From NCBI GenBank assembly GCA_043818095.1, contig JBDRGD010000005.1, positions 1 to 56,552 on the forward strand: a stretch of DNA of 56,552 nt. The letters are read 5' to 3'. Position 1 is the stretch's first letter; each line of letters opens with the position of its first letter. This DNA is from Chloroflexota bacterium (GTDB taxonomy: Bacteria; Chloroflexota; Dehalococcoidia; Dehalococcoidales; RBG-16-60-22). Below are positions 55,184 to 56,552 of this stretch, piece after piece. Both the position numbers and the translations under genes were made by a program. Under the pieces are notes generated by a model. It ran no database searches and had not been told where the DNA came from. It worked only from the letters and a program-made list of their open reading frames with translations.

Positions 55184-56215
55184 CTAGAGCTTCAGAAGCT
55201 TTTCCACATTAAGGTGGCAGATTTTCTCTTTGTCCGCGGCGGGCAGGTCCACCTTTTCGATAAAGTCGGCGGCCACCTTGTTCTGCTCGTAAGGATGGTC
55301 CACTGCGAAGAGCACCCTCTCCACGCCCAGCACCTGGCAGACGTATTTCAGCACCGGCTCCCAGAACATCCCGCTGGTGGTGACCATGAAATTCTGTTTA
55401 ATGTAGTCCGTGGGGTTCTTCGCCAGCTTGGGCAGGGAGGGGTCGGGGTTGAGCTTTTCCTTGCTCCAGCGGTTGTCCAGCCGCCACATCCAGAACGGCA
55501 GGGCCTCGCCGAGGTGCCCGAGGATAATTTTCAGGCCGGGGTATTTGTCAAAGACCCCGCCTAAAATCAGGCGCATGGAGTGCAGGCCCGCCTCGGCGGC
55601 GTAGCCCCACATCGAGCCGGTCAGGGGCTTGTAAGCCATGAAGGGCTTAATCATAGCGGCGGAGGGTGACTTGGGGTGCAAGTAGATAGGCACACCCAGC
55701 TTTTCCGCCATCGCCAGGACAGGCCCGAACTCGGGCTCGTCGAGGTATTTCCCCTGGACGTTCGAGTTCAGCTTGGTCCCCTTGAAACCGAGTTCTTTCA
55801 CGGCGCGCTCCAGCTCTTTCGCGGCATTCAGGGGGTCCTGGGGAGCGATGGTCGCGAAGGCGGCGAAGCGGTCCGGGTGTTTCTTGATGGCGGCGGCGCA
55901 GGAGTCGTTCGCCTTCCGGGCGAGCATGGTGCCGTCCGCGGGGGTGAAAGCGTCCACGCCGGAAGAGAGGCAGAGGACCTGCATGTCGATCCCGGCGTCG
56001 TCCATCTCCTTCAGCCGGCCCTCCCCCAGGTCAAGCAGCTTGCCCCCGATTTCCGCGCTGAAGGTCGCCTTGATTTCCGGGGTGTACCACATTTCTTCTT
56101 TCGTTTGCCCTTTTTCATCTTTCACGGTGACCATTTTGGGAAAGGTCTTGCTGGCACGCATGAAATCGAGGATTTCCTGCACGACAAAATGCTCTTCGAT
56201 GGCGATTTTTTTCAA
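55184..56215 (-). CDS. Amidohydrolase_2 (ACMSD superfamily), gamma-resorcylate/LigW-type decarboxylase-like
   Basis: MKKIAIEEHF, RLKEMDDAGI, LGFKGTKLNSN, IYLHP, LGHLGEALPFW. Confidence 0.9.
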   Translation of the reverse strand: MKKIAIEEHFVVQEILDFMRASKTFPKMVTVKDEKGQTKEEMWYTPEIKATFSAEIGGKLLDLGEGRLKEMDDAGIDMQVLCLSSGVDAFTPADGTMLARKANDSCAAAIKKHPDRFAAFATIAPQDPLNAAKELERAVKELGFKGTKLNSNVQGKYLDEPEFGPVLAMAEKLGVPIYLHPKSPSAAMIKPFMAYKPLTGSMWGYAAEAGLHSMRLILGGVFDKYPGLKIILGHLGEALPFWMWRLDNRWSKEKLNPDPSLPKLAKNPTDYIKQNFMVTTSGMFWEPVLKYVCQVLGVERVLFAVDHPYEQNKVAADFIEKVDLPAADKEKICHLNVEKLLKL

Positions 56216-56243
56216 CGGCGGACCTCCTTAAAGATACCAGACT

Positions 56244-56273
56244 AATTTAGCGGTATTCGCGCCGGTTTGTCAA
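56244..56273 (-). promoter_or_regulatory. Sigma70-like promoter for the 55184-56215 gene
   Basis: Reverse strand TTGACA-18 nt-TAAATT. Confidence 0.45.
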
Positions 56274-56379
56274 TCACCGGAGCGGGCTGTCTTTTTTATC
56301 TTTATTGTAGCCCACTTTACACCATCTCCGGTAACATCGCTAAATGCCCATTTACAGGAGGCCGGGGGAGATTAATAAC

Positions 56380-56472
56380 GAGAGGGGGCAAAGCCCCCTC
56401 TCAAAATAACTAACTCCCCCTCTCAAACAGCAGAAAAAGCGTGACGCAGGGCGAAACATGTTTGAGAGGGGG
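56380..56472. repeat. Pair of hairpins built from the same GAGAGGGGG / CCCCCTCTC core
   Basis: GAGAGGGGGC-AAA-GCCCCCTCTC (56380-56402). Then CCCCCTCTCAAACA (56416-29) pairs with TGTTTGAGAGGGGG (56459-72) across a 29-nt loop. Confidence 0.7.
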
Positions 56473-56552
56473 CAAGGGGGTGAGCCTGAAGAATAACGAA
56501 GGACAGGCAACACCCCTTTAGTTCAGGCCGCCGGTTTTTCCCCGACGGCGTT

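Noticed and set aside
1-56552. Searched by eye for rRNA, tRNA (T-loop GGTTCGAATCC-like strings), transposase/integrase genes, CRISPR repeats and prophage genes.
   Set aside because: None found. All sizeable intergenic regions are accounted for by promoters, terminators or the short repeat elements described.

Overview
GC-rich bacterial chromosomal window, tightly packed with about 55 protein genes. I saw no rRNA, tRNA, CRISPR array, transposase or integrase. The gene content and the frequent GGAGG ribosome-binding sites suggest a Chloroflexota or Dehalococcoidia-like organism; this rests on two tungsten-type aldehyde:ferredoxin oxidoreductases, a TAT-less reductive-dehalogenase homologue and a lipoprotein-anchored solute-binding protein, and is inference only.

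Layout:
- 1-11.6 kb: housekeeping genes (rsgA, uvrB, rRNA pseudouridine synthase, cation/H+ antiporter, yebC-ruvC-ruvA), interrupted by visibly AT-rich, apparently acquired DNA. This includes a partial SPPY DNA methyltransferase at the window edge that is missing from the ORF track. It also includes an accessory islet at 4.8-6.85 kb holding a very AT-rich DUF4917/SIR2-like gene and an AbrB/RelE-type toxin-antitoxin cassette bracketed by G-rich direct repeats.
- 11.8-16.7 kb: ThDP enzyme, MoaD-like GG protein, AOR and ThiF-like E1.
- 17.4-31.9 kb: core metabolism (ribF, tyrS, serine biosynthesis, a Zn-ribbon/S21/RRM operon, fbaB, pfk, trehalose-synthase-like GT4, hbd, thiolase, msrPQ).
- 32-36.4 kb: cytoplasmic RdhA homologue plus two peptidases.
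- 36.5-56.2 kb: a catabolic island with a second AOR, four ACMSD-superfamily amidohydrolases, Zn-ADH, VOC, crotonase, TRAP transporter, FAH, CoA-transferase A/B, two MFS transporters, an Lrp regulator and an MBL hydrolase.

The best candidate for something novel is the 4.8-6.85 kb islet (SIR2-like DUF4917 gene plus repeat-bracketed TA). Most long ORFs antisense to these genes are GC-driven shadow ORFs.
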